Source: Moniliella sp. 'wahieum' (taxonomy: Eukaryota). From it: a stretch of 64,000 nt of DNA. The position numbers and the translations under genes were made by a program. Positions 52,511-64,000 of this stretch are shown here, piece by piece (the stretch's first letter is position 1; each line of letters opens with the position of its first letter). The notes beneath the pieces are model-generated. The model saw nothing but the letters and a program-made list of their open reading frames with translations, was not told the origin of the DNA and searched no databases. Location: positions 1 through 64,000 of the forward strand of contig RSEE01000157.1 of the NCBI GenBank assembly GCA_003971905.1, written 5' to 3'.

Positions 52511-54318
52511 CGTGGGCAGAAAGAGTTGCTTTGCGGCTGAGGTGTGTGGGAGGGGGGGGGCAGGAGCAGGAGCAGAAGCAGCGAGGGCGAGCTGGGAAGG
52601 TGGATGGCAAGGTGGGTAGAGAAAGGAGCTGAAACTGAAGGCGAAGCTTAGCGGGAGGCATAGGTGACGTGTGATGGGTGACACGCGTGAGCGGGGATGC
52701 ATGATGGGTGGTGAGCGAGTGCATGGTTGCGTGGTTGCATGATGATAACTGTTTAAACTTTCATTTATTGCTCACCGTGTCAACGTCGAGTGGGTGAGCA
52801 TGAGTACGTTCAGTGTTGAATGTTGAACGTTCAAGTTGAGCGTTGAATATGAACGTTGAGACTGAGTTCAATATCAACATTGAGGGTACTGAGGGTACTG
52901 AGGTACTTGAGTGCTGGGCGCTGGCGAGGCACGGGTGAGCGGGTGAGGCTGGTGCTGGGTTCCCGTTCGAGCTGGGTGCTCGGGTACTCCGACCGGGTAC
53001 TCTGAGATGCGGCTGCCTCGGGATCGTCACGGGTCGGCTGGTGGCTGGCGAGGTGCGGGCAAGGCGGTGGGGATGTGCGGACCACCAGGCTGGCGCGGTG
53101 CCTCGGTGCCGGGCAGCCCCGCTCGCTGCCAGAGTGGCTGGGGCGGACCAGGCCGTGTGCCGCCTTGGGCAGCTCACAATGCACAATGAGAAAGAATGCA
53201 TGATGTACCATGCTGATGCATGGTGTCGATCGATCATCGATCACCGGTCGCCACTGCCTGGCCGTGTTTAAGCGTGTAAGTCAAACGTTGAACGTTTTGA
53301 ACTCAACCGGCCTCTATCGCAGAGTCGATAGGCGCTAGGCAAACTATCGTGCGAACACGGATCGGGCACCGACTTCCTCTCTCACATGTCACAGCCGCAC
53401 CCTACCACATCTCCTCTTCGACTGGATTGAACATCGCATCTTACCGCCATCGCTGTCGTCTGTAGGCGTGGCAAAGAAATCCACACATACAGCGGTGTTC
53501 GCATTCACCACAGCAACACCCCTCCTTCGCCACTCTGTTCTATCTGACATTCCCTTTTACACAGGCTGATTCTTTTCCCTCCCCGTGTGGGCGGGCTTTC
53601 CTCTCTACATGGACCTTCCCGCTTCATCTCCACTCCTTCTGCCGCCCGAGATCTGACGCAGTCAGGCAATGAAAGAAGGAGTGAATCTCTTCTATGATCA
53701 TATTATACCCTCGTCAACGTCCTTTGTTTCTTCGCTTGCGTGCCCCATCCTTCCCCTGTATATCTTCCACATAGCTTCCAAAACTGCGACGCCATATGTT
53801 ATATGAAAACACACTATAAGCCACCTCACCGTGGTAGAGACGACATCTGATGATCAAGTCCCTATACTATTCAAAAGGCGCTACTACTATACTGCTATGA
53901 CTTAACCCATACATAGTGTAAGAACCATCCCGGGACAGCCGAGCTCTCTGGTGAGAGCGTGTCAGTTCAAAGCATCCATGAAGAGCCACTGACGGTGCGG
54001 TCGATGCACACTCCGTTAGTATAGAACTAAACATAGCGTGGCGAGCAACACACACTAACCCAGAGGATGTGAGGAAAGGCATCGGGAAACACCACAAAAG
54101 TCGGACCGTCGGTAGTTCAATACACCCAATTTCCGCACATTTTTCTCATTCACATATCATATTAGCGCCATGTGCAGTCATTTGTCTCCTGTAAGAACAA
54201 CGGCCACGGGCGCTCTCTTCTGAGTATATACCCAGACGCCATCCATGTATGTTTTTGCGAGAAACGTATCACACAAGATGAGGAGTGGCCAGATCGTCAA
54301 TCTTTTTTGGCCCCCATA

Positions 54319-55270
54319 CGAGGGGACCAACCGGGCCGTAGGCCCGGTTGGCTGGGGCTTCGCTCCAGCCTGTCCTGTTAGCTTTTGTGTTTGGAAGTTG
54401 TTGTGCATGATTATATGTGTCTGTGGCATTGGTTTGGAGCCATGGCAGGCTGTTTTTCAAAGGCAGGAGGTTCATTATCGAAGGCATGTTCAGGTTCATA
54501 AAAAAGGCTAAAGAGTCAGGCTTCTCAGAGCTAATAATCTAGGTCCATGTGGTCTTCGGCGACCTCGCGCCGGCGCATGTCCTGATCCATCTGGCGGACG
54601 AGCGTCTCCTCGTTCTCGCCCATCTCGCGCAAGACCATTTCCTCGTCCTCGGCCATGTCGCGTAGGAGCCTCTCTTCCTCGAGGTACATTTCCTCTTCAG
54701 GCATATCGGCAGGAGGCTGATCGGGACCTGGGCCTAGCATCATTTCCTCCAAGTCGCGAAAAGCTCATCAATCTCCTTCTGGTCCAGCTTGTCCATATTG
54801 TCCCTATCAAACAGATCGTCGCCATTGTCTTCGGGAGGGTCAGGAGTGTTGGCCGGTTCAATGGGCGCGCCACCTTCAACGTATTGGATGACCTGGCGGT
54901 AGACAATGTTGCGCGTGATCTTGGAAGGGGGGAGGAGAACTTTGAGGTCGTGGAGGGAGGAGACGCGAGAAAGAGCTACATAAAGCTGGCCATGAGCAAA
55001 AGGTAGGAGTGAGGAGATGAACACCGACATGGCGCAAGGTTTGACCCTGCGACTTGTTGATTGTCATGGCAAAGGCAGGGGTGATGGGAAACTGCCTGCG
55101 GGTAAAGCAAATGGGGCAGTCATCATCCTGCTCGCTTGTTAGAGCGATGCGGGGGATGGGGTAATGCTGTCCGGCAGCCTTTCCCGAGATGATGATGGCG
55201 CCGATGGAATGCTGACCGGGGTTAACAACAATGAGGCGTGTGCCATTGACACTCCACACGGCCGCTTTCC
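54319..55270 (-). mobile_element. Helitron 3' remnant (PIF1-like helicase C-terminus plus terminal hairpins), 5'-truncated
   Basis: VNGTRLIV..IPRIAL..RRQFPITPAFAMTINKSQGQTL..FAHGQLYVALSRV..TRNIVY is the classic Helitron RepHel C-terminus. Perfect 11-bp-stem hairpin at 54327-54351 downstream. Confidence 0.88.
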
Positions 55271-56506
55271 CACCATCTACCAGTTGAAGTGTTTATTCAG
55301 TTTGGTGCAACTAGCTAATAACGTGCAATTATGATGACCTCTCAGCCCTGGAACACACTGAAGTGCTGAGATGTTTTCGTGTCGCTCGACCTTACCTACA
55401 CTCCTTTCCTTGATCCCGGGCAAAGTAGAACTCGTGAAAACAAGGATCTGCAGGTATGGCGGCCTCACATATTACTGTATCTTTCACATCAGTGGGCTGT
55501 TGACCACCCTCAAATTCATCTTCTTTTTTTATCAGAAGAGGTCGAATGGAAAACAAGCCCCAAAATGTTGGGCTCCAATTTGTATTCGCTGTATGACGGT
55601 CTGTTTGGGTCTATACCCAGCCGCTCGTTACGCATATGTTCCCGTTCGATCAGATTCGATGCCCATATATCGGACTATACTCACGGACATTTTTCAGTCA
55701 TGTCGTAAAGCCAAACATATATATGCCTCTCTCCAGTCCCAGCGAGAGTGTGTGGCGAAGTGATTATCCATGATTGTAACACGCCTGCAAACGGCATTCC
55801 ACACAGTCTGAAAAGGTCCTGGTCGTATATTATGTGCCTTCCCAGAGCTAATACTGATAAGTTAATAACAGTGGCTTCTCTCTTTTTATTGCTGTTTCGG
55901 TACCGAATCCTTCTAGTCCCTTTAAGTAGATGCGTATGGGTTCGTATAAAACTTCATCCTCTCGCCATGCCACTTGGGTCTGGTCGGCTCAGTTCGGAGG
56001 TAATATATGTATGTACCTCGATCAGAAGGAACTGTGGGGGGACAACTGAGAGAGGGACACAGGATCTCCCGACTGATAGGAATCGCGCCGTGAGAGACCC
56101 ATAGGGGACTAGCTGGCCAAAATATCCCCCTAGTACACTGTGAATCTAAACTCTCTGGCCGGAAATACGTTTGTATGACACCGTCGACTTGCCTAAGAAA
56201 ATGTGTATTCCAGAGAAAAGGGACTTTTAGTGATGTGCTCGGAGGTGCCGCGGCATGTTTTGGGAGCTTAGTTGGCTGTGAATGATGTGACGGGACATCA
56301 TCACTAACAACATCTCACCTCGTGTGAAGAACACCACAATCTCTTTTTGCTCAGCCTACCATACTATACATTCGATCATATCATCAAAGTTTTATCATCA
56401 TGGAACTCTCCCAGTGCAAAGAAGCCTTTGTTATGCGGATGGACTGATGTGTGCATCACTGTCGGTGACAGGCGAGTAGAGGGAACTTCACAGCAAGGTT
56501 ATGTTG

Positions 56507-56747
56507 TCTTCTTTCTTCTTCTTCTTCTTTTTCTTCTTCTTCTTTTTCTTCTTCTCTTTCTTCTTCTTCTTCTTCTTCTTCTTCTTCTTCTTCTTCTTCT
56601 TCTTCTCTTCTTCTTCTTCTTCTCTTCTTTTCTCTCTTCTTCTTCTTCTTTTCTTCTTCTTCTTTTCTTCTTCGTTTCTTCTTCTTCTCTCTTCTTCTTT
56701 CTTCTTCTTCTTCTCCTCCTTCCTCCTCCTCCTCCTCCTCCTCCCCC
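56507..56747. repeat. ~240-bp polypyrimidine microsatellite, (CTT)n grading into (CCT)n
   Basis: Read directly; nearly pure C/T on the + strand. Confidence 0.97.
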
Positions 56748-57549
56748 TGCTCTCCCCCTGCTCCTCCTCTCCTGCTCTTGTTTATGCATGGGAGCATATG
56801 TCTCTCAGGAGCTAGACAATAAACCCTATATGACATCGCCGCCATCGCCGCATTGCCATACGCCACACATTCCCATCAGTTTTCATCTCTACTTGATAAA
56901 AACATGGGAAAAGCCCTCTGACACTATTGACACAGCCAGCCCAGCATGGGCAATCTAATTTCGCCTCTCCAGCGGTGTGGAACGACGGTGGAACGATAGC
57001 TAAGGTGGCGACGGTGGAAAGGTGGCTAAGATGTCGACGCAAACAGGCTATAGGACCGATGGTCTCCTAGTTGCTGTGTACTACTATAAATCTCCTACAG
57101 TAGGCATGGTGATGGAGGACAACATGTAAGTTCTGCGTAAGACCTCAGGGAAGAGATAGGCCACCCCTAGGTGCTTAGATACAAAAAAGGGGGCCAAAGT
57201 TACTTACCGGAAGGTGGTAGATGAGTAATGCTACGGTAACGCAGTGAACGCCGATGCGAGAAGAGCATAGGCCGTTGTTGAGTCATTGGAATGCAACAGT
57301 GAAGCAAAGTCTCATAGGGGGGCATTCGGGAGCCATTATTCCCCCTGGTCATGACGGAACGCGGGTACTATGCGCCACACAATTGTGTAACCAAGATGTT
57401 TTGCCACTGGAACGAGCTTATTTTGCTGGCGAGGTACTAACTGTGGAGATGGTTCTGTCGGGATGTGACCCACTTGGTCACTGTTTGATCACAAAGTTGA
57501 TTGGTCCCTGATTTGTTCTAGACTACCCTCTGTTTTCCCTCTTTGTTTA

Positions 57550-57675
57550 TGCTCCCCTTCTTCCTCCGTGTGACTTGCTCACATGTTCTTCTATTCTTCT
57601 CCGAGGTATATATAGACCTCGCCCTCTTTCCACTCGATGAATATGATCCTCATCCTTTCCCCCCTCTCCATCTCC
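57550..57675 (-). repeat. Dispersed repeat copy B (inverted copy of 39441-39556)
   Basis: See copy A; both copies give the peptide LALFPLDEYDP in the ORF track. Confidence 0.85.
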
Positions 57676-59617
57676 TATTAGGTGCCTCACTAGCATACCG
57701 ACCACGCTCAGCACTCATTCCACTTTCGTATCCTCAAGCGCTAGTATATTTCTGTGATTTGGAAGAACATGGCGGGCGTTAGAGGGTCCTGTGAGACCTG
57801 TTGAGAAAACACACCATACAGAACTGAGCTCTTATTGCGTTCTTCAAGCTTGACACGAACTGTCACGGCACCCGTCACGGATGAGCGAGAGCGTGCTGGG
57901 CGCTGCCTTTTCCCTCAAGTTTCGCAATACTATATGTATTCAGATGTATTCAGAAGCTATATACTCTCTTCCTGTTTTCCCTTCTCCTCTACTGTGAAGA
58001 AAAAGCCCTACACTGATTCATCTACGGACGGACTGGAGGTATACGTACCAGCGAAGGAGAATAGCGACGTCCTGATCCACCTGGTTAAGGAGACCGCAAA
58101 ATGGATGCTGAAGCGCTGAAGCGTATAGGACAGTATAGCGTAGGCGATCAATTGCGGGTGAGAGATAGGCATTGGTGGTATAGGAAGCAGGACGAGGGCT
58201 TAGCGTTAAGGCTTAGCGCTAAGTTTTAGCCCTAAAAGGCCTAACAGGAGAAAAAGCCGCTAGTCGCTGATTGATTATCCGTGGCTAGGCCCTGCGGCCG
58301 GAAGTGCCCCTCCACGATCGGGGACCACAGTCCCCGTAGCTGCAGGATGCTGCAATGGGCGTAGAAGCGTATGGGATACAGTTGCGTAGGCGATCGTTTG
58401 GGGTGAGATACTATACTACCTTAGCCTTTTTGGCCGCTGCCCCACGGGACTTGTGGATCGAACGCAAGGCGCAACGCGTAACGCGTGACGCGTAAAGCGG
58501 GTATCGTGTAAGAACGCTTATTTCTGCGTTTGCTGTTGCGTCTGCCTATTCGCCTGGCTGTGCATGTGAAGCTCTAGTTCATCTCGAAGTTTCAAATGTC
58601 AAAATCCAATGCCAGTCTGATCCGAACAGCGTATCCATATACACCCCACAGGGCTCTGCTATAGAAGCTGTGCGAGTTTGCTATGTACGCGCCTCCCCCC
58701 TGGTCCGATCCCGTCCGATCCGGGCAGACCTATGTCGGGTCGGATGTAGCGCCGACTTTCGGCGTTGCGGCTCCTCTGGTCGCTGCCGCCCATCTCCGAT
58801 GCTGAGGCGCGCGGGCGGCAGCCTCTCATATCTCAGACTTCACATCGATCTCACACGCCACGACTCTCCTCGATCCTAAGGAACTCGGGTCAGATCCCGC
58901 ATCTTGAAGCTTGAAGCTTGAAGGTTGAACTAGAGGCAAAAGCCTGAGCCTAAGGGAGGCCAAGGGAGCTTCAGTATACCAGTCTATCACTCTCAGGCCG
59001 GAGGCGCCGCCTGAGGGAGGTCTGAGGATCTGAGGGGGCTTGAAGCTTGAAGGGCTTGAAGGGCTTGAAGCTTGAAGCTTGACGCTCGAGGAGCTTGAAA
59101 TCGTTCAACGTCCAACGTTCATTATCATTCCTTTCTCAAAGAAGCCTGGTCTGTGCTCGGGATCTTCCGGTTCCCATGGAGTCAAAGGCGTGACGCGTGA
59201 CTGTTTCATCAATCACCGATCATAGATCACCGGGTGTACACCGTCACGCGCGTCAGGGAGCCTCAAGACCTCGATCAGTGTCTGGAGAGCAGGGTAGCCG
59301 GTACGGCAGGGTTTGCTGTCGCATTAGGCCTTAGGCCTTTGGCCCTACTTAGGGCCTTGATTCAAAAGGGTCACCCGGTCACGCGCACGCTTCAACCTTA
59401 GTTGTCCCCAATTTCCCCACCCAGAAGCTCAGGCCACCCTGGCACAACGTGTAGCGTTTAATTTTTGTGTCTTTGCCACCAGCCACTATGCCCAGGGACC
59501 TTTCTCCCGGACATGCGACCGGCAACTAGAGCGACCTCTGCAAGCCACATTTACTGTCTTTGCAGCTTGAGTACTTGGTACTTGATGCACTTGAGTGCAT
59601 TGAATCAAATTGAGAGT

Positions 59618-60012
59618 CTTGAAGCTTGAAGCTTGAAGCAGGAGTAGCATGGATAGGTAGCATCTTGAATGAGCTGGAGCTTGAGCGCTTGAGCAGGCTT
59701 GAAGCTTGAGGCTTGAAGCTTGAAGCTGAGGGCTTGAGGCCTGGGGGATCTGAGGCTGGCGTTCGCAGACCATATGGCCAGGCTTCTTGGTATCTATACT
59801 CGGGACTGTGAAAGAATCAACAGCTGAGCACTATGATGCATGGTACAACCCTGCACATGATGCATGATGCATGTGACATGTGACGTAGTGACACTAGTGA
59901 CTAGTGACTAGTGACTAGTGATAGTGACATAGCGACACTCCCCATGGGTGACCGGTGATGCGAGATGCGTGAGATGGGTAATCGATAATCGATAATCGAT
60001 AATCGATAATCG
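59618..60012. repeat. Cluster of 7-bp palindromic tandem arrays: (GAAGCTT)n, (ATGCATG)n, ACATGTG, (ACTAGTG)x4, (ATCGATA)x4
   Basis: Read directly at 59618-59730, 59856-59882, 59893-59920 and 59981-60012. Confidence 0.9.
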
Positions 60013-61092
60013 GGAATGCGTAGTGCATCATAATGGGGGGGGTGTTTACTTTATGTAGTTGCACAAGTAGGGACTCTGAGATCTGATGTATGAGCATGAT
60101 GCGTGATGGGCTAGCAGCACGCCAGAGCAGCCAGAGCACGCCGACCATCTGCTGCGTTGTTGCCACTGCAACGCCACGACGCTGCCAGGGTACTGTTGTT
60201 TCACTCCGCCCAGGCAGCCACTGGCAGATGGGATCTACATAATACAGAGCGTTGTGAAAACTGGTGCATGAGCACACTTGTCAGTAGTACTCTGTACTCA
60301 GGCTGCCAGTAGTACACTTGAGCATGTGAGCACAGAGTATCGAGTACAGAATACTGAGCACGCATCAAGTCCTCCATCCGGTTTCTATAGCCGGAACGGA
60401 TACAGCCTGTGGCCTGAGGTACAGGCCTGACTGGCCTGAAGGCCTGAGATCTGAGACCCAATACAGCTTAATTACCGTCTAATATTTAATGCAATGATTA
60501 GTGATCGAAATGATCAGCGGCTGAGCCGCAGTGCCTCCGCAGCAGTCAACTGCTAAGCTGTCTCAACAGCACAAGCAAACTGGTAACCGGTAAACGTGGT
60601 AAACGTTAAACGCTAAACTTAACGTTAACCGCGCTCAACACTAAGTACTAACTCCTAAAAGCGTTCTTGCTTCCATGTACGTTAGACGTGGTAAACGTTA
60701 AACATCACGCGTCACGTGTCACACCCGGCTTGTTCGCTCTCGGAGCACTCGTCCCACGTTCCTGTGTCTGCTGGCGGGCTTGGCTCTGTTCGGCTTGGTT
60801 TTTGGGCCCTGCCATCAGGATGGCCATCATGCATCAACGGTTCACCTTCACCTTCATCTTCAAGCTTCAAGCTCCAAGCTTCAGCTTCAGCTTCACCCGC
60901 GCGCCCTCGACGCCTCAACAATCCTGTTCCAACAAGCTTTTGGCCCACCATCGGTTTTCCGCCCCTGCGCCTCAGCTTGTTAGGCCCGCCCGCTGTCTGT
61001 TTCCACCATCTTTGAACCTCTTCTTGCTTGCGGCCTCTCGCTCCAACCGCCGGCTTACTCGCCCACCACATACACACCTTACGGCGTGTCCA

Positions 61093-62395
61093 ATGTTCTA
61101 CCAAGATGCAGCTGGCTGTGGCCTCTCGGCACCGTCTCCGCCCCAGCCTCGCCCTGAGCTCCCGCTGCCCGACGTCTTGACCCTCGACACACTCTCTCAA
61201 CCCTTGCCGTCTCAGCCCCTGGTGACCGTTGGCCAAGCGCCATTCCCACCCTTCGACGGCCCGCATCATGGGGAGCCCCCCGCCTTCCCCACACCACATC
61301 CGCACGCACCAGCTTCGAATCCGCTCCCTCCCCTGGCGCTTCCCTCCTCGGACTCGACCCAGCACCCCGTGCCTTACCCGCTAACGAGCCCCCAATCGCC
61401 CTTTGGCCTGGGGGTCTACAGGCACAGTCTCGTTTCCCGTGGCCTGGATCGAGTGAATAGCATTGACACCCCCCCTCCAACTACGGGCACCTGGTCTCAT
61501 TCATCAACCCCAGCACAGCTCGGGGGCGCATCTCTTCTTCTTCGCGCTATCGCCTGCCGGAGATAGTGCGGACACGTCTCCTGTATGGACTGCAGCGGAA
61601 ACCAATTGGGCGCCTACGGATATGGCCTTTGGAGTACCCCCTCTCTGGAGGTAGAGCCACTGGGAACCAACCTGCTTGGCCTTCAGCTTCGGGATCAGTC
61701 GTACTTTTGTGGTCCCCTCTCTGTGCCCCCGACAACTCAGGTACGGTCTTTCCCCGTTCTCTTGACCTAGTTTTGGAGATGCTGGACTGACCCTCCTTGA
61801 CACTCAGCTTGCTACGACTGCTGCACTCTCCCCCTTCTCAAGCCAAGGGCCTTCGACGGACAGGAGTAGTATATCGTCTTCTACCAATATGTTTAACCTT
61901 TTCAGTGAAGCAGGAGACTCCCACCTCCTGCATTCTCCTGGCCTGAACAGTTACACACCAGGAAGGAGGGTCACTCTCCCAAGCCTTCCTGTCCCTTACG
62001 ACTATCCGCCACGTCCCGTGCCGACACCTATCACTTACTCTTTCTTGTCCCGGCCATATGACTGGGGGAGTCTTGACACAACCAAGAATCCCGTCCCTAT
62101 CCAGCGGCGTAAATTCAAGAGGAGCAAGACAGGCTGCCTTGTGTGTCGGAGACGGAAAGTTCGCTGCTCTCAGGACGGTCTTCCCTGCCGACAATGCAAG
62201 ATTGGCAAGCGGGAGTGCCATTATAGAAAGCCACCCCAAGACGATTCTTCATCCCAGCAACAAGAGGATGCTAGTGACAACGCGTCGCCCTCCGGTACCC
62301 CTGACTACCTACCTGTACCTTTGCTCAAGGAGACCCTGAATGATCCAAGTTGCCTGCGCGGTCGGCGTCATTCCGGGTGTGACCTTCCCTACTGA
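61093..62395 (+). CDS. Zn(II)2Cys6 transcription factor with a C-terminally placed zinc cluster
   Basis: KRSKTGCLVCRRRKVRCSQDGLPCRQCKIGKRECHY (CX2CX6CX6CX2CX6C) at 62135-62218. Pro/Ser-rich upstream part from MFYQDAAG. Ends uncertain. Confidence 0.85.
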
Positions 62396-62914
62396 TCTAG
62401 CCACATTCCATCCTGAGGAAATTTTCCAAGTGCCCTTGACCAAGTCTGCTCTGTTTTGAATTTGCCCACGACCTGTACCATCTTCTGCGCCCATCCCACT
62501 TCCCGGCCAATTTCCTTTTGCCTCTTTCGTTTTTCGCACAAGATGAACTCAACTCTCTATATCCTAGATGAATTACTGTGCATGGTGTTCATCTGTGATG
62601 CAGTGTGCGAGACGGTAATTGCATGCCCATATATACAGTAAAGCAGGGCATACGCCTGGCCCGGAAAATGCACGACACGAACACCTACGATGGTGTGGAA
62701 AGGGCATGTTTCTTTCGACATATAGACTGCACCAATAACTGGGAACGATCAGCTGTGACGCTCCCGATTGCTACGCACCCCCGGTGTTCCAACCAAGCGC
62801 ATCGCGCCGACCCCGAGAGATTGTTGTGTCTCTACACAAACGTATGCCCACCAGAACCGCCTGGAAACTCGTAGTTACCAAGTAATTTGTCTTCTAAAAA
62901 GGAAATCATTCCCA

Positions 62915-63960
62915 GTGCCCCCCATACACCGAAAAGTTATCCCTGTTGCCGTCTCACAGCAGGCGATACGAGATCTGCTCGTCGTGCATCCCACGTCGTA
63001 CTAACGGCGCATGCGCTCCACGTAAATGTCCAAGTGAAGTTCTCCCGTACCGCTGATAATTGTCTCCTTCGAGTCGCAGTCCACATGGACGCGGAAAGTG
63101 GGGTCCTCTTTCTGGAAGCGATTCAAAGCGCTGCTAAGTTGGCATCCAACACGTCCTTGGAGTCTGGGTTAATCGAGAGCGAAATGACACGCTCCGGCAC
63201 AAACATCTCTGTCACAGTGAGCTCGGTATTACCGTCGGTGACCGTGTCGCCCCCCGAGGAACACGCGACGCCAAACATGGCACAAACCTCATCGGGACCC
63301 ACCTTGTCCACCTCCTCCATTTCGTCGGAGTGCAGGCGAATCAAGCGGGGGACCTTGATGCACTTTCCAAGGCGAATATATGATCTGGTTGTCACTTGAG
63401 CATGCCTTGGTACATACGCATGTACGTCAGTTGTCCATACCGCCCTTCTTCCAGTTAAAACGCCAAACCAACTATGGGTGCCATAGCGACAGTTGCAAGC
63501 TCGACACAGGGCACCGTGGCGGCTTGACGAGCCGCTTCAATCTCATCCTCGTCCTCCAATCCCTCAATAGCCTTGGTCACGGCAACCTTCATGACCGCAG
63601 GGCTGACACCAGAGGCCTCAGCCGTGACCTCCTCTGCGTTGGGAAGGTAGTTGCAGACACCATCTAGCATGGACTTCACGCCCTTGTTTTTAATGGCTGA
63701 TGACCCCATGAAGACGGGAGTGAACTTGCAGGCAATGGTGGCACGACGGATAGCTTCACCAGCTCCTTGGGTGATGGGCTCTTTTCCTCCATGACCAACT
63801 TGGCCGTGCCGCGGGCGAATGTAGACAAAATCCACATCAGCCAGTGCCTCATTGAGTTCTTGGCGTTTCCCACGGGCAAAGTCGATCAAGTCAGCCGGAA
63901 TGTCGTCCAATTCTTGCCTACGACGCTTTCGAAATGGCCAAGTTACCCGCGTTCCAAATC
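62915..63960 (-). pseudogene. MEF1: Degenerate internal fragment of mitochondrial elongation factor G1
   Basis: [101 protein letters not shown]. In-frame nonsense codons at 63455, 63392 and 63001. Confidence 0.85.
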
Positions 63961-64000
63961 AGCAGAAGCAGAGTAACTAACGTACCCTTGGTACCCTTGT

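Noticed and set aside
55280..56450. Continuation of the Helitron or another transposase
   Set aside because: AT-richer and probably TE-derived, but no Rep, helicase, RT or DDE motif is recognisable by eye.
56347..56958. Poly-Leu/Phe/Glu/Arg ORFs
   Set aside because: These are translations of the (CTT)n microsatellite.

Overview
GC-rich fungal (basidiomycete, probably smut-related) nuclear DNA with short GT-AG introns. Most conserved genes are broken by 1-bp indels, which look like unpolished long-read errors rather than biology. Bases 1-52.5 kb are mostly housekeeping genes: PMP3, CENP-O/Mcm21-like, an atypical bZIP-like gene, a divergent RPS5/RPS28 pair, TIM8, RPL13, an Mpv17/PMP22 protein, PAB1, VAC8, tRNA-Ala(AGC), a divergent RPB12/GAR1 pair, Brr6/Brl1, a PL14 polysaccharide lyase, an MFS transporter, IML2, an intron-containing tRNA-Lys(CTT), an orphan gene, NCR1/NPC1, a divergent NOP7/FUM1 pair and a Rac GTPase. 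The last 11 kb holds a Helitron 3' remnant, a long (CTT)n tract, a dispersed repeat copy, a Zn2Cys6 factor and a true pseudogene fragment of mitochondrial EF-G1. The most striking unexplained signal is in intergenic DNA: many different short tandem arrays share one rule, a 7-bp period made of a 6-bp palindrome A-x-y-y'-x'-T plus one spacer base, giving T-N-A junctions. About 12 palindrome types follow it. Other leads are shared promoter motifs on translation genes, an A-rich spliced PAB1 leader and a Rac with a Rho-type switch I. All calls come from reading and remembered family motifs; no searches were run.
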